From assembly GCA_039801365.1 (NCBI GenBank), contig JBDRUN010000001.1, positions 37,711-101,710 on the forward strand: DNA of 64,000 bases, given 5' to 3'. Below are positions 1-10,007 of this stretch, one piece after another. Every line of letters begins with the position of its first letter. Position 1 is the first letter of the stretch. The notes beneath the pieces are model-generated. The model worked only from the letters and a program-made list of their open reading frames with translations, did not search any database and had not been told where the DNA came from. Origin of the DNA: a candidate division WOR-3 bacterium (GTDB taxonomy: Bacteria > Hydrothermota > Tepidihabitantia > Tepidihabitantales > Tepidihabitantaceae). A program made the position numbers and the translations under genes.

Positions 1-724
1 GTCCTTGTCCAATTACAAAATATGTCCCGGCACGCAGATTTCCCGCATCGTTCTCTCCCGGCACAAACTCACCTAGCCGTCGCCCCAGGGCATCAAAAAG
101 CGCCATCCGGCTCCTGCCCGGAATAAGTATCCGGCTACAAGCAAAAGTTGGCCCGGGCAGTTCTCTGGCCGGGTCGGTCCAACGGCCCTCCTTCGCACCA
201 GTACCAAGTTCCCGCACAAACGCAAAGAAGCAGAATTCGCCGACGTTGTCCCGGGTCCAGTTTCCGGGCGTACCGTAGAAGCTGTGAATCGGACTCGAAC
301 TGTCGACGTTCACGTACGGGTGGGCGTAAGAGTCAACCCGCCTGTGCGTCGTGGCGATATAGAACTTGCCGGTGTCAATTCTAACTGGCTGAGCAAGACC
401 GTAGTGCGTCCAGTAGGTTCTGGGCGCGGTCAGACTTTCCGATTCCCACAGCAGCGTTTGCCCGTCGCCGCCATAGATCCTGAAGGTGAATACTGAATCG
501 GTCCACGAACCCATGCCCCAGTACCACCATGTTTTCAGTGATTCAACCTGGACTGGGTGGGCGAGACCAAACTCGGACGGGTCTAAGTCCATCGCCCGCT
601 GCGGGCCCTGGAACGCAAACCAACCATCAACACCGTTGTAGTGGCTGACCCATCTTGCCGTATCAGGCTGAGCCAGACTCGAGACAATCAGCCCGGCCGC
701 AAACAGCATAACGATCCATTTCAT
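1..724 (-). CDS. Secreted protein with T9SS-type C-terminal sorting domain (partial; C-terminus lies beyond the window start)
   Basis: My own reverse-strand translation from the ATG at 724 gives MKWIVMLFAAGLIVSSLAQP... It stays open to position 1 with no stop. It is absent from the ORF track, which seems to list only ORFs closed inside the window. The N-terminus is a signal peptide. The tail (...MALFDALGRRLGEFVPGENDAGNLRAGTYFVIGQG) resembles the Por_Secre_tail domains of the other T9SS proteins here. Confidence 0.5.
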   Translation of the reverse strand, partial: MKWIVMLFAAGLIVSSLAQPDTARWVSHYNGVDGWFAFQGPQRAMDLDPSEFGLAHPVQVESLKTWWYWGMGSWTDSVFTFRIYGGDGQTLLWESESLTAPRTYWTHYGLAQPVRIDTGKFYIATTHRRVDSYAHPYVNVDSSSPIHSFYGTPGNWTRDNVGEFCFFAFVRELGTGAKEGRWTDPARELPGPTFACSRILIPGRSRMALFDALGRRLGEFVPGENDAGNLRAGTYFVIGQG

Positions 725-1167
725 GTTTTTGCCTTTCTTAACATTGGTGCTCCAGCGCTCGGCACCGTGAATCAGGGCGCCAGGCCCGGCAACCGCGTTC
801 CGGACTCCTCCGCACTCAAAAGCCGACGTTCCCGATTTACCCGGATTCCGGGTGACGGATGCCAGCTACAGATACAATACTAGACAACCGCCCAACTGTG
901 TCAAGCCAACGGTCTGTCTACCCTGCCTTGAACCTAGCAGAGCTGAAGCGTGGAGGCGAGCGAATACAGCGACTACTGCCCAAAGAGCTAGCGGAACACG
1001 CAGTGCCGACTCAACCTCCGAAACTTCGAGCTGGACCAAGCTCATGTTTTGAGGCAACGGGGAGTTCTAGAGTACCTCCGTATATTAGGCAACCGAGCCG
1101 AAAAGAGCACAACCAGTCGCCGTAATGGCAGCGAGGGATGAAGCAAGCTAGCGTTGGGACCGAGATG

Positions 1168-2526
1168 CTAGAAAAGCAACAGCGCGGCGTAGCCGAAGTA
1201 AATCAGCAGTCCGGTTGCATCCGCCACGGTCGTAAGCAACGGCGAGCTGACAACTGCCGGGTCCAACCGGAACTTCGTGATCGCAATCGGCAACAGACTG
1301 CCCAAGATATTGGACCACACCGCAAGCGTTGCCATCGAAAGCCCGACCACAAGTCCAACCGGTGCACCACCCTTGCCCAGCGTGCCACGCACGAAACAGA
1401 CCGCGCCCAACGTGATGCCGATAAGCACACCGGTCAGCATTTCCTTGCCAACGACCGTGAACCAGCGCCGCATCGAAAGCTCGCCTGTTGCCAGCGCCCG
1501 GATGACGAGCGTTGCCGCCTGACTGGCGGTGTTACCACCGCTGTCAATGAGTACCGGAATATAGAAGGCGAGCGCGATTACCGCCTGCAGCATACGTTCA
1601 AAATGGGCAATGATGCCGGTTGAGAAAAAGTCGGCAACGAGCAAAACCAGGAGCCAGACAATCCGCTTACGATACAACTTCCAGGGCGAAGCTGCGGTGT
1701 AGCTCGTATCCAGAGGCTGAACCGCTGACCCCTTCTGAAAGTCCTCGGTCGCCTCCTCCTCGATGACCTCAAATATGTCGTCGAAAGTAACGATCCCCAG
1801 AAGCGCACCGGCGGGATTGGTAACCGGCAGGGCCATCAGATTATAATGCTTCATCTGCCGAGCAGCCTCCTCCTGATCTGCGGTAGCAAGTATCGAAACG
1901 TAGCTTCCGTCCATCAATTCCCGCACGGGCTGGGCGCGCTCTGCCAAAACGAACCGCCGGATCGGCAGGTCGTCCAACAGCCGACCGGCCTCATCCACCA
2001 CGTAGACCATATCAATCGTCTCGGCATCACGACCCTGTGTCCGGATGTGTTCGATTGCCTTACCGACTGTCCACTCCGGCCGCAACGCCACAAAATCCGG
2101 CGTCATCAGCCGGCCCACGCTATTCTCCGGATAACCCAAAAGCTCCAACGCCTGCTTGCGCTCCTCCGGCGGCAGCAGGTTCAGAAGCCGCTGGGTCAGA
2201 CTGGCCGGCAGGTCCTCAAACAACTCGGTGCGGTCGTCAGGCGGCATTGCCAGCACGATGTCCCGCACCCGCTGGTCGCTCATCGAGCGCAAAATTGCCT
2301 CCTGCCGCTCCGGAACCATCTCGCCAAATGCTTCGCTAGCCGGCCCAGCCGGCAGCATGCGAAAGAGCAAGATTGCGTCCTCGATGCTCAGAGTTTCCAG
2401 AAGGTCGGCCAAATCCGGCGCGGGCCAAGTCACGAGCATTTCCTTGAGCGCACGCCAGTCCTTGGCCGCAATCAGCTCATGAATCTCCGGCAAAAGCAGG
2501 GGACGCAAAAGCCTTGGATGCTTCAT
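1168..2526 (-). CDS. mgtE: Magnesium transporter MgtE
   Basis: 452 aa. Has an MgtE N-terminal domain, tandem CBS region and a C-terminal five-TM MgtE channel domain (…GGNTASQAATLVIRALATGE…). Confidence 0.9.
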   Translation of the reverse strand: MKHPRLLRPLLLPEIHELIAAKDWRALKEMLVTWPAPDLADLLETLSIEDAILLFRMLPAGPASEAFGEMVPERQEAILRSMSDQRVRDIVLAMPPDDRTELFEDLPASLTQRLLNLLPPEERKQALELLGYPENSVGRLMTPDFVALRPEWTVGKAIEHIRTQGRDAETIDMVYVVDEAGRLLDDLPIRRFVLAERAQPVRELMDGSYVSILATADQEEAARQMKHYNLMALPVTNPAGALLGIVTFDDIFEVIEEEATEDFQKGSAVQPLDTSYTAASPWKLYRKRIVWLLVLLVADFFSTGIIAHFERMLQAVIALAFYIPVLIDSGGNTASQAATLVIRALATGELSMRRWFTVVGKEMLTGVLIGITLGAVCFVRGTLGKGGAPVGLVVGLSMATLAVWSNILGSLLPIAITKFRLDPAVVSSPLLTTVADATGLLIYFGYAALLLF

Positions 2527-2601
2527 GATTCGGGCAGTCTATCCATCAGCCGCAACTTGGCAAGCATTTATCCTTGACTTTCTGCGCTTTTCCTGATTGA
2601 A

Positions 2602-3759
2602 TTGGCGCACACACCCAGGAGCATTGCATTGGCAACTAGCGCCTATCTGACAAGACTAAAAAAATCTCTTCCCCGTCTGGCCCGAAAGTACGGCACCCCG
2701 CTCTTCGTCATCTCCAAAACCCTACTATTGGAACAAGTCGCCAGATTCCGCAAACTCCTCCCGCGCGTCAAACCGTACTACGCAGTAAAGGCCAACTCCC
2801 ACCCGGCGGTACTGAAGCTACTAGCTCAGGCTGGTGTCGGCTTCGACGTCGCCTCGGTACCGGAACTAGAATGGGTACTAGCTGCGGGCGCAAATCCCAA
2901 ACACATCATCTTCGCCAATACCAACAAACGGCCTCAGGACATCGCCCTTGCCGCCAGCCGCAAAGTAGCACTCACAACCTTCGACTCTGAGTACGAACTC
3001 GACAAAATTGCGGCGAATGCACCCGGCGCCCAGGTGCTCGTGCGCACCAAAGTGCCCAACGTTGGCTCGGTGGTCGAACTCTCGCTCAAATTCGGTGCTG
3101 AGCCGGCGGACGTAATGCCCCTGCTGATCAAAGCCAAGCGGCTTGGGCTCAACCCCCGGGGAGTAAGCTTTCACGTTGGCTCCCAGTGCACCCACGGCGA
3201 CAACTACCTAGAAGCGTTCGAGCTGGTGAAAATTATACTTGCCGATGCCCGGCTCAAACAACTACCCTTAGACATAGTGGACATCGGTGGCGGATTCCCA
3301 ATCCGCCACTTCGCATCAGACGAAGACTGGCTTGCGTCCATGGCACCGGCGATGAACATGGAAATGAACCGGCTGTTCGATCCGAGCATTTCGATCATCG
3401 CCGAGCCGGGTCGGGCGCTTGTCGGCCCAGCCTGTTTGCTTGTAATGTCGGTCATCGGCAAGTCAATCCGCGGCAACAAACACTGGTACTATCTAGACGA
3501 CGGCGTGTACGGGTGTCTGTCCGGCATTGTCTATGACCACTGCAAGTACGAATACCACGTTTTCAAAAAGGGACCTACCCAGCTTACCACGCTGGCTGGC
3601 CCGACCTGCGATTCGATTGACATTATCTCAACCAATGAGGAACTGCCCGAGCTGAGTGTCGGCGACCTGGTCTATGCCGTAAACGCCGGCGCCTACACCC
3701 TGGCTAGTGCCACCAACTTCAACGGCATTCCGCCGGCGAGGGCAATCCTGGTCCCGTAA
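2602..3759 (+). CDS. PLP-dependent ornithine/lysine decarboxylase (group IV, eukaryotic-ODC fold)
   Basis: 385 aa. The [15 protein letters not shown] motif carries the PLP-lysine, and HVGSQ and GGGFP motifs are present. The size fits the ODC/LDC/carboxynorspermidine decarboxylase class rather than LysA. The substrate is not resolvable by eye. Confidence 0.8.
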   Translation: MAHTPRSIALATSAYLTRLKKSLPRLARKYGTPLFVISKTLLLEQVARFRKLLPRVKPYYAVKANSHPAVLKLLAQAGVGFDVASVPELEWVLAAGANPKHIIFANTNKRPQDIALAASRKVALTTFDSEYELDKIAANAPGAQVLVRTKVPNVGSVVELSLKFGAEPADVMPLLIKAKRLGLNPRGVSFHVGSQCTHGDNYLEAFELVKIILADARLKQLPLDIVDIGGGFPIRHFASDEDWLASMAPAMNMEMNRLFDPSISIIAEPGRALVGPACLLVMSVIGKSIRGNKHWYYLDDGVYGCLSGIVYDHCKYEYHVFKKGPTQLTTLAGPTCDSIDIISTNEELPELSVGDLVYAVNAGAYTLASATNFNGIPPARAILVP

Positions 3760-3769
3760 GGAGGTTATC

Positions 3770-4936
3770 GTGAAACGAACCGGAAGAATCCGAAAAGACC
3801 TCTCTGAGGTTCCGGACTGGCTGCGCAAGCGGCGCTGCCCGCACAAAGCCCGCTACCTCTCCGGCAAGCGTATTCTGCCTAAGGGTATCACTGGCCGGGA
3901 AAGGCTCGATTCTCTGATTGACGATAAGTTCCTTGCCTACAATGCTGCCCGACTGCGCGAAGGCTGCCGGCTCTACGCCGAGAAAATGCTTGAACCCGAC
4001 GTAGTCGTCGGAATGAGTCTAGCTGGTGCGCTGACCCCGGCCGGTCTGGGCTGTTCCTGTCTGGTGCCGCTCATCAAGGCCGGCTTTATCGACTGGATTG
4101 TCTCAACCGGGGCCAACATGTACCACGACCTACATTTTGCCTTCAATCTGCCACTCCACGTCGGCTCGCATCTTGTGGACGATGCCGACCTCCGCCGCAA
4201 TGACGTGGTACGTATCTACGACGTGCTTTTGGCCTACACCGACTGCCTGTGCAGGACCGATGACATCCTGCGCAACATTCTGGTTCAGCGCGAGTTCCAG
4301 AAAGAGATGGGCACGGCCGAGTTCTACCACTTACTTGGTCGCCACGCTGCGGAATGGGAACGCAAGAACGGCCACCAGGACGTATCGGTCCTAGCCGCAG
4401 CTTACCGGTGCGGTGTGCCGATTTACACCAGCTCGCCCGGTGACTCAACCATCGGCATGAACATCGCCGGTCTTGAGCTCAAAGGGCTCAAGCTCCGCAT
4501 CAACCCTTCAATTGACGTAAACGAAACCACCTCCTATGTTCTGCATGCCAAACGCTCAGGCGGCAAGTCCGCGGTTGTTCTCATCGGCGGCGGCTCACCC
4601 AAGAACTTCATGCTCCAGACCGAGCCCCAGATTCAGGAAGTGCTGATGATCAAAGAGTACGGCCAGGACTATTTCTTTCAGATAACCGACGCCCGTCCCG
4701 ACACCGGCGGCCTGTCCGGTGCCACCCCGCACGAAGCGGTCTCCTGGGGCAAAGTTGACCCGAACCGGCTGCCCGATGCGGTCGTCTGCTATGCTGACGC
4801 AACAATGGCGCTACCGCTTCTGACCCATTACGTCCTTGCGCGGCACCGCCGGCGTCCGCACCGGCGCCTGTATGACCGACGGGCCGAACTGATGGACAAG
4901 CTCCGGCTGGAATTCTTCGCCCATTCCAGGTTCTAG
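3770..4936 (+). CDS. Deoxyhypusine synthase-like protein (homospermidine-synthase-like)
   Basis: Family motifs [11 protein letters not shown] and GGGSPKNF are present. I prefer the GTG at 3770 because an AGGAGG RBS lies 4 bp upstream and it sits right after the decarboxylase TAA. The track ORF starts further upstream at 3707. Confidence 0.8.
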   Translation: MKRTGRIRKDLSEVPDWLRKRRCPHKARYLSGKRILPKGITGRERLDSLIDDKFLAYNAARLREGCRLYAEKMLEPDVVVGMSLAGALTPAGLGCSCLVPLIKAGFIDWIVSTGANMYHDLHFAFNLPLHVGSHLVDDADLRRNDVVRIYDVLLAYTDCLCRTDDILRNILVQREFQKEMGTAEFYHLLGRHAAEWERKNGHQDVSVLAAAYRCGVPIYTSSPGDSTIGMNIAGLELKGLKLRINPSIDVNETTSYVLHAKRSGGKSAVVLIGGGSPKNFMLQTEPQIQEVLMIKEYGQDYFFQITDARPDTGGLSGATPHEAVSWGKVDPNRLPDAVVCYADATMALPLLTHYVLARHRRRPHRRLYDRRAELMDKLRLEFFAHSRF

Positions 4937-5159
4937 AAAATCCTGAGCAACTCCCTAGGCCTAGGCAGAGCTTCGGAACGACGGCGTCATACTATCGTAG
5001 TCCAGATTCCCAAGCTGTCTACCGTCATGCCCCTGCCAAGTCCCGTTCCCCCTTTCTCCCTCAAGGGCAAGGCTGCGGCTAGGCAGTTTTTCGCCCGTAG
5101 CCTTCGCCTGACCGCGGCTTTCTGTCGCCTGCGGTGTCTTCTGTCAGACCTGTTCTCGG

Positions 5160-6956
5160 CTAGAGCTTTTCCAGCTCTTCCCTTATTAACTGCCGCTGGT
5201 ACAACTTCCAGTAAAGCCCGGCCCGCGCCAATAGCTCCTCGTGTGTGCCTTGCTCTTTGACCTCGCCGGCGTCGAGTACATATATCCGGTCACAGGTTGC
5301 AAGTACACTCAGCCGGTGCGATACGACAATGAGCGTTGCTCCCCTAAACTCGTTCGTCAACCGGTCAACCAGCTTGCGCTCGGTTTCGGCGTCCAGTGCC
5401 GAAAAGGCATCGTCGAACACCAAGACCCGCGGCCGGCCAACAAGGGCCCGGGCAATCGCCACCCGCTCCTTCTGGCCACCGGAAAGCCGCGCGCCCCGCT
5501 CACCAAGCTTCTCGCTGAGACCGGCGGCAAGGTCCTTCATATCATCGCTCAGCTGCGCCAGGGAAATGACCCGGTTCAGCTCGGCATCATCTACCGGCCG
5601 ACCGAATGCGATATTCTCGCGCAGCGTCTCTGAAAAAAGCGCTGGCTCTTGGGGCGCGTACCCGAAAAGCGCCCGGTACGCATCCAAATCCAGATTGCGG
5701 ATGTCGGCGCCGCCAAGCGTCACCCGGCCTTGTTGCGGGTCAGCCAGACGGAACAGCAGCCGAAACAAGGTGCTCTTACCCGAACCAACCGTGCCGGCAA
5801 TACCAATCCTGCCTCCAACTGGAAACTCCATAGTTACATTCTTCAACGCTGGCCTGACTGAAACCGCGCCGCCGGATTGGGTCGAGCCCTGGTACGAAAA
5901 CGTGACTCCTTCTAGCCGCAGGTCTCCTTCTGGCATGGGCAAGTCCGCAGCCAGTCGGCCTCGTCGCCTCGCCACCTCAACCGGATGGTTTTCGAGCTCG
6001 CCAACCCGCTCTGCCCCGGCCTGGGCCCGCCGTCCCATGACAAACAGATTGCCGATGTCGAACATCGGCCCGACAAGCATCATAACGTAGCCATTGAATG
6101 CGACAAACTCACCAAGTGTCAAGTGGTGCCTTATGACCAGTAACCCGCCCAGCCACAGAACAACAAGGATTCCTAGTTCTGACACCGCCATGTAGAACAC
6201 GCTGATTCTCGACTCGACTCGGGTCGTTCTCACCGATGCTGCGACCCGCTCATCCAACCCATTGCGAAACCGGCGTTGCAGCCGCTCCTCCATCGTGTAA
6301 CTCTTCACCAACCTCACCCCGGTGAACGACGATTGAATCAAGTTGTTTGTCTTTGCAATCTTCTGACGCCATTCCATGTACCGGCTAAACACCAATGGCC
6401 CAAGTCTCATCCAGACAATAACCGCCACTGCGACCGGCACCACCGCAGCGAGTGTCAACAGCGGACTCATGCTGATCATGATGACCAGCGCAAACCCAAC
6501 CATGAACATAGCCGAGACGGCGCGGAATATCCCAGAGCAAGCAAACCACGATAGCTCGCCCAAGTCGTGGTCCAGCCGCTCCATTACATCACCGGTCGGA
6601 AACCGGATGGCAAAAGAGTGGCCCTTATCCAGAATCCGGCGAAACACCCGGGTTCGCACGACCCACTGGTAACGTTCGTTCACCCGGCCCCGGGCCCAGG
6701 GCAAAACCGACTCGGCAACCGAACGCATCAGACCAAGCCCTGCCAGCAGCAAGACGTAGCGCACAAGCTCCGGTAACGTCGCCGGCCGTCTGATGCCATC
6801 AATAATGAATCTTAGGACATAGGGAAATGCAAGGCTGATTGCGGTTGCCAGCGCTGTCCCGGCGACAAGCAACACCGCAAGGGCTTTATGCTCCTTCCAG
6901 AAGTCAAGTACCAGCCTAAGACCTGGGCGTTTTGCGCCGGGAATCATGAGTTCCAC
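5160..6956 (-). CDS. ABC exporter, fused permease/ATPase (heterodimer partner A)
   Basis: 598 aa. N-terminal 6-TM exporter domain. C-terminal NBD has Walker A GTVGSGKST, signature LSGGQKER and Walker B LVFDDAFSALD. Confidence 0.9.
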   Translation of the reverse strand: MELMIPGAKRPGLRLVLDFWKEHKALAVLLVAGTALATAISLAFPYVLRFIIDGIRRPATLPELVRYVLLLAGLGLMRSVAESVLPWARGRVNERYQWVVRTRVFRRILDKGHSFAIRFPTGDVMERLDHDLGELSWFACSGIFRAVSAMFMVGFALVIMISMSPLLTLAAVVPVAVAVIVWMRLGPLVFSRYMEWRQKIAKTNNLIQSSFTGVRLVKSYTMEERLQRRFRNGLDERVAASVRTTRVESRISVFYMAVSELGILVVLWLGGLLVIRHHLTLGEFVAFNGYVMMLVGPMFDIGNLFVMGRRAQAGAERVGELENHPVEVARRRGRLAADLPMPEGDLRLEGVTFSYQGSTQSGGAVSVRPALKNVTMEFPVGGRIGIAGTVGSGKSTLFRLLFRLADPQQGRVTLGGADIRNLDLDAYRALFGYAPQEPALFSETLRENIAFGRPVDDAELNRVISLAQLSDDMKDLAAGLSEKLGERGARLSGGQKERVAIARALVGRPRVLVFDDAFSALDAETERKLVDRLTNEFRGATLIVVSHRLSVLATCDRIYVLDAGEVKEQGTHEELLARAGLYWKLYQRQLIREELEKL

Positions 6957-6981
6957 CCCTCGGTCGCGCGCTGGTTCCTTG

Positions 6982-8781
6982 TCATCCGGCAGCCCTTGCT
7001 ACTGGCTCACCGACCAGGTACTGTAGTTTGTAGAAACGGGCATAAAGCCCTTCTTTTGCCAGTAGCTCTTCGTGCGAGCCCTGCTCGGCAATCCGGCCCT
7101 TATGTACTACAACGATCCGGTCCACTAGCCGTATTGTTGCCAATCGGTGAGCAACGATAATCGCCGTCCGGCCAGTCAGTAGTTCCGCAAGCGCCTGTTG
7201 AATCAGGTGCTCGGTATGCGGGTCAACCGATGAGGTTGCTTCGTCAAGAACCAGAAGCTGCGGATCGAATACCAGCGCCCGGGCAAGTGCCAGTAGTTGC
7301 CGTTCACCGAGCGAAAGATTGATGCCGCGCTCAATCAGGTTCGTCTCATACCCCTGGGGAAAGCGCTGGATTGCATCGTGGATGCGCGTCCGTTTCGCCG
7401 CCTCGATAACCTGCTCGGCCGGGATGCTCTCATCCATCATCCTCAGATTATCGAGCACCGAACCGGGAAACATGATTACTTCCTGGGGCACAAGCCCGAC
7501 TGCCCGACGCAGGCGATGACGATCAATCCGGCCCAGGTCCTGCCCATCTATGAGAATCCGGCCCTGCTGGGCAGTGTAGAACTTTAGCAGCAGACCGACA
7601 ATCGAACTCTTGCCGCCGCCGGTTTCGCCGACCAGCGCCACCTTTTCTCCCCGCCGGATTACAAGCTCAATATCCTTCAAAACGTAGTTCCTCCCGTCAT
7701 AGGCCAGGCCGACCTTCTCGAAAGCGATCCGGTCCCGGATCATCAGCGTCTCCCCTGGCTCTCGCTCCGGCTCTGATGGCGTGTCGAGCAGGCCGAACAC
7801 CCGTTCGGCTGAGGCAAGCGACCGTTGCATCACGTTGATTTGGTCTGATATCGTTCGCAGCGGCCCGAACAGTCGGGTGATATAGGCGACAAACATGAAC
7901 AGTGTGCCGACTGTCAGCGTGCCCCTGAGTGCCCACGCACCGCCAAGCCCGAGCACTAGCACAAGTCCAATAATTTCGCCAAAGTCAACAAGAAACCACA
8001 CAATGTACCAGAGCGTGAACGCCTTCATTTCATCCCGGTATTTCAGTCGGCACAGGTTGTCCATCTTCTCGCCCAGCCGGGCCTGCTGACCGAACACCTG
8101 CACCACCGGTAGGCTCGCCAAAGCTTCGGCAATCAGGCCGTTGATGTCTGCAACCGTGCGTCGCACACTAAGGTAGATCGGCCGCACCTTGCGCTGAAAC
8201 AGCCAGAACGCTACGATAAATGGTGGCAGTAGCAGCGCAACCAGGACGTACAGTCGCCAGCTCGCCAACGCCATAACAAGACTCATGCCCACCAGCGCCA
8301 GCACGCTCTGCACCAGCACGACCGATGTACGGGTGAAAAGCATCTTTATTGCCTCGGTGTCGCTTTCCACCCTGGAAATGAGACGACCGACCGGGTTCTT
8401 ATCGAAGAACTGCATCGGCAGGCTCAACAAGTGGCTGAACAGACGATGCTTCAGGTCGGCCGCACCCTGCTCGCCGACCATTGTCAGCCACACCATCTGA
8501 AAATAGCTGGCAAAGAAAATCGCAACTTGAAGTCCAAGATACGTTAGCGACGTTACCGCAAGGCCAGCGATGTCGCCGCCGCCAATGTTTACATCAATTG
8601 CCCGTTTTAGGAGCACCGGCCCAAGGAGACCCAGCCCGGTGGCGGTAAGCAGTAACCCGGCCGAAGCCGCAGTCCGGCCCAGATAAGGCCGGAAGAACGG
8701 CCACAACCTCCTGATGTAGGTCGAGGCCCGGCCCTGATACCCTGAATCCTCTTCCTCGACACCGCTGAAATGGTGAAACAC
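6982..8781 (-). CDS. ABC exporter, fused permease/ATPase (heterodimer partner B)
   Basis: 599 aa. TM domain followed by an NBD with GETGGGKSS, LSLGERQ and LVLDEATSSVD. It lies 25 bp from the previous gene on the same strand, the classic heterodimeric exporter pair. Confidence 0.9.
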   Translation of the reverse strand: MFHHFSGVEEEDSGYQGRASTYIRRLWPFFRPYLGRTAASAGLLLTATGLGLLGPVLLKRAIDVNIGGGDIAGLAVTSLTYLGLQVAIFFASYFQMVWLTMVGEQGAADLKHRLFSHLLSLPMQFFDKNPVGRLISRVESDTEAIKMLFTRTSVVLVQSVLALVGMSLVMALASWRLYVLVALLLPPFIVAFWLFQRKVRPIYLSVRRTVADINGLIAEALASLPVVQVFGQQARLGEKMDNLCRLKYRDEMKAFTLWYIVWFLVDFGEIIGLVLVLGLGGAWALRGTLTVGTLFMFVAYITRLFGPLRTISDQINVMQRSLASAERVFGLLDTPSEPEREPGETLMIRDRIAFEKVGLAYDGRNYVLKDIELVIRRGEKVALVGETGGGKSSIVGLLLKFYTAQQGRILIDGQDLGRIDRHRLRRAVGLVPQEVIMFPGSVLDNLRMMDESIPAEQVIEAAKRTRIHDAIQRFPQGYETNLIERGINLSLGERQLLALARALVFDPQLLVLDEATSSVDPHTEHLIQQALAELLTGRTAIIVAHRLATIRLVDRIVVVHKGRIAEQGSHEELLAKEGLYARFYKLQYLVGEPVARAAG

Positions 8782-8896
8782 CGGCCTGCATCGTATCCTT
8801 GCGCCCTAGGTGTGTCAACAGGCGCGCAACGCAGACCAAAAACACCCGCACCCGTATTACAGCTTGATTCTCAGAACCATTACTCTATCCTGAAGT

Positions 8897-9871
8897 GTGC
8901 CTGAGCTACCAGAACTTGAAGCAATCAGCGCACGGCTTCGCCTGGCCCTGACCGGCCGGCGAATACAAAGTCTGACACTCAACAAACCTTCGTGCCTCAA
9001 AACAACTGAGCCGAAACTGGTGGCGCTTGCCGATAACCGTATCATTACCATCATCAGACTAGGCCGGTTCCTCTGCCTGGGAACCGACCAGAAACTGTAC
9101 CTGTGCATCCACCTGATGCAGGACGGCGGTCTGTGTCTCTGCCCTGCTCACCACCCCATGACCACAAGCAATCTTCTCTGTCTCCACTTTGACAACGCCG
9201 AAGACCTGCGTGTCACTGAAGGCGGTACCAGACACCGGGTTCAGGTGCATCTTGTCACCGACCCGAACAAGGTCGCCTGGATTGCCGAGCTTGGTCTTGA
9301 CCCGCTTGGTCCCGATTTCACTCTCAACCGTTTCCGCCAGGCCCTGGCCCGGCGTAACCGAACGATCAAGAGGTTTCTCACCGACCAGCGAACTGTTGCC
9401 GGCATTGGTGGCTGCTACTCAGATGAAATACTCCACGAAGCCCGGCTTTCACCTTTTCAACCGACCGTCAGCCTGAAGCCAGAAGAGACAATTCGCCTCT
9501 ACGCCGCGGTGAAGAGGGTGCTCCACGACGCTATCGTGTATCTAAAGGCCCTGGACCACCTGCCCGACCGTCGCGACCGGACATTCCTCCAAGTCCACGG
9601 TCGTGCCGGGCAGCAGTGTTCCAGATGTGGCTCGGCGATACAGCGCGTCAGCGATGAGAAGTCAATCACATACTACTGCCCTGGCTGCCAGACTGGCGGT
9701 AACATCCTCGCTAACCGCTCCCCCTCCTCTTCCCTCCCACCTCAAGAGTTGGCAAGCTGGTCTAATGCCGCCTGCTTGCCCGCTGACCGCTCCCTCTCAT
9801 CTTCCCTCCCCCTTGAAGGGGGAGGGAATAAAAGGGAGGGGGATCGCCCGCTTTCCGGGCCCCTGAAGTGA
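8897..9871 (+). CDS. fpg: Formamidopyrimidine-DNA glycosylase (Fpg/Nei family)
   Basis: N-terminal MPELPELE (catalytic Pro2/Glu3). The C-terminal zinc finger CSRCGSAIQR...YYCPGCQ ends near 9715. The remaining roughly 50 codons of the predicted ORF run through the tandem repeat, so the true stop is probably earlier. Confidence 0.8.
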   Translation: MPELPELEAISARLRLALTGRRIQSLTLNKPSCLKTTEPKLVALADNRIITIIRLGRFLCLGTDQKLYLCIHLMQDGGLCLCPAHHPMTTSNLLCLHFDNAEDLRVTEGGTRHRVQVHLVTDPNKVAWIAELGLDPLGPDFTLNRFRQALARRNRTIKRFLTDQRTVAGIGGCYSDEILHEARLSPFQPTVSLKPEETIRLYAAVKRVLHDAIVYLKALDHLPDRRDRTFLQVHGRAGQQCSRCGSAIQRVSDEKSITYYCPGCQTGGNILANRSPSSSLPPQELASWSNAACLPADRSLSSSLPLEGGGNKREGDRPLSGPLK

Positions 9872-10007
9872 CCGCACGTTCCGCTCCCTTTCCTCTTCCC
9901 TCCCAGTTCAAGAATTGGCAAGTCGGGCTAATGCCGCGTGCTTGCGCGCTAACCGCCCCCCTTCCTCTTCCCTCCCCCTTGAAGGGGGAGGGAATAAAAG
10001 GGAGGGG
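9714..10007. repeat. Two tandem copies of an approximately 130-bp repeat (9714–9842 and 9881–10007), each containing the perfect hairpin TCCCTCCCCC-TTGAA-GGGGGAGGGA
   Basis: Direct comparison of the two segments shows about 85–90% identity. Each unit also carries an internal CTCTTCCCTCCC sub-repeat. Confidence 0.85.

Noticed and set aside
1846-2577. 243-aa plus-strand ORF (and nested 2037–2339, 2156–2482 ORFs)
   Set aside because: It is entirely antisense to the well-supported mgtE gene. This is high-GC frame-shadow reading with no motif.
2527-2601. Mg2+ (M-box) riboswitch upstream of mgtE
   Set aside because: The intergenic spacer is only about 75 bp, far shorter than an M-box aptamer plus expression platform.
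5245-6090. 281-aa and other plus-strand ORFs across 5241–6776
   Set aside because: Antisense to the ABC exporter genes. The compositions are low-complexity (S/R/P-rich) and typical of GC-rich shadow ORFs.
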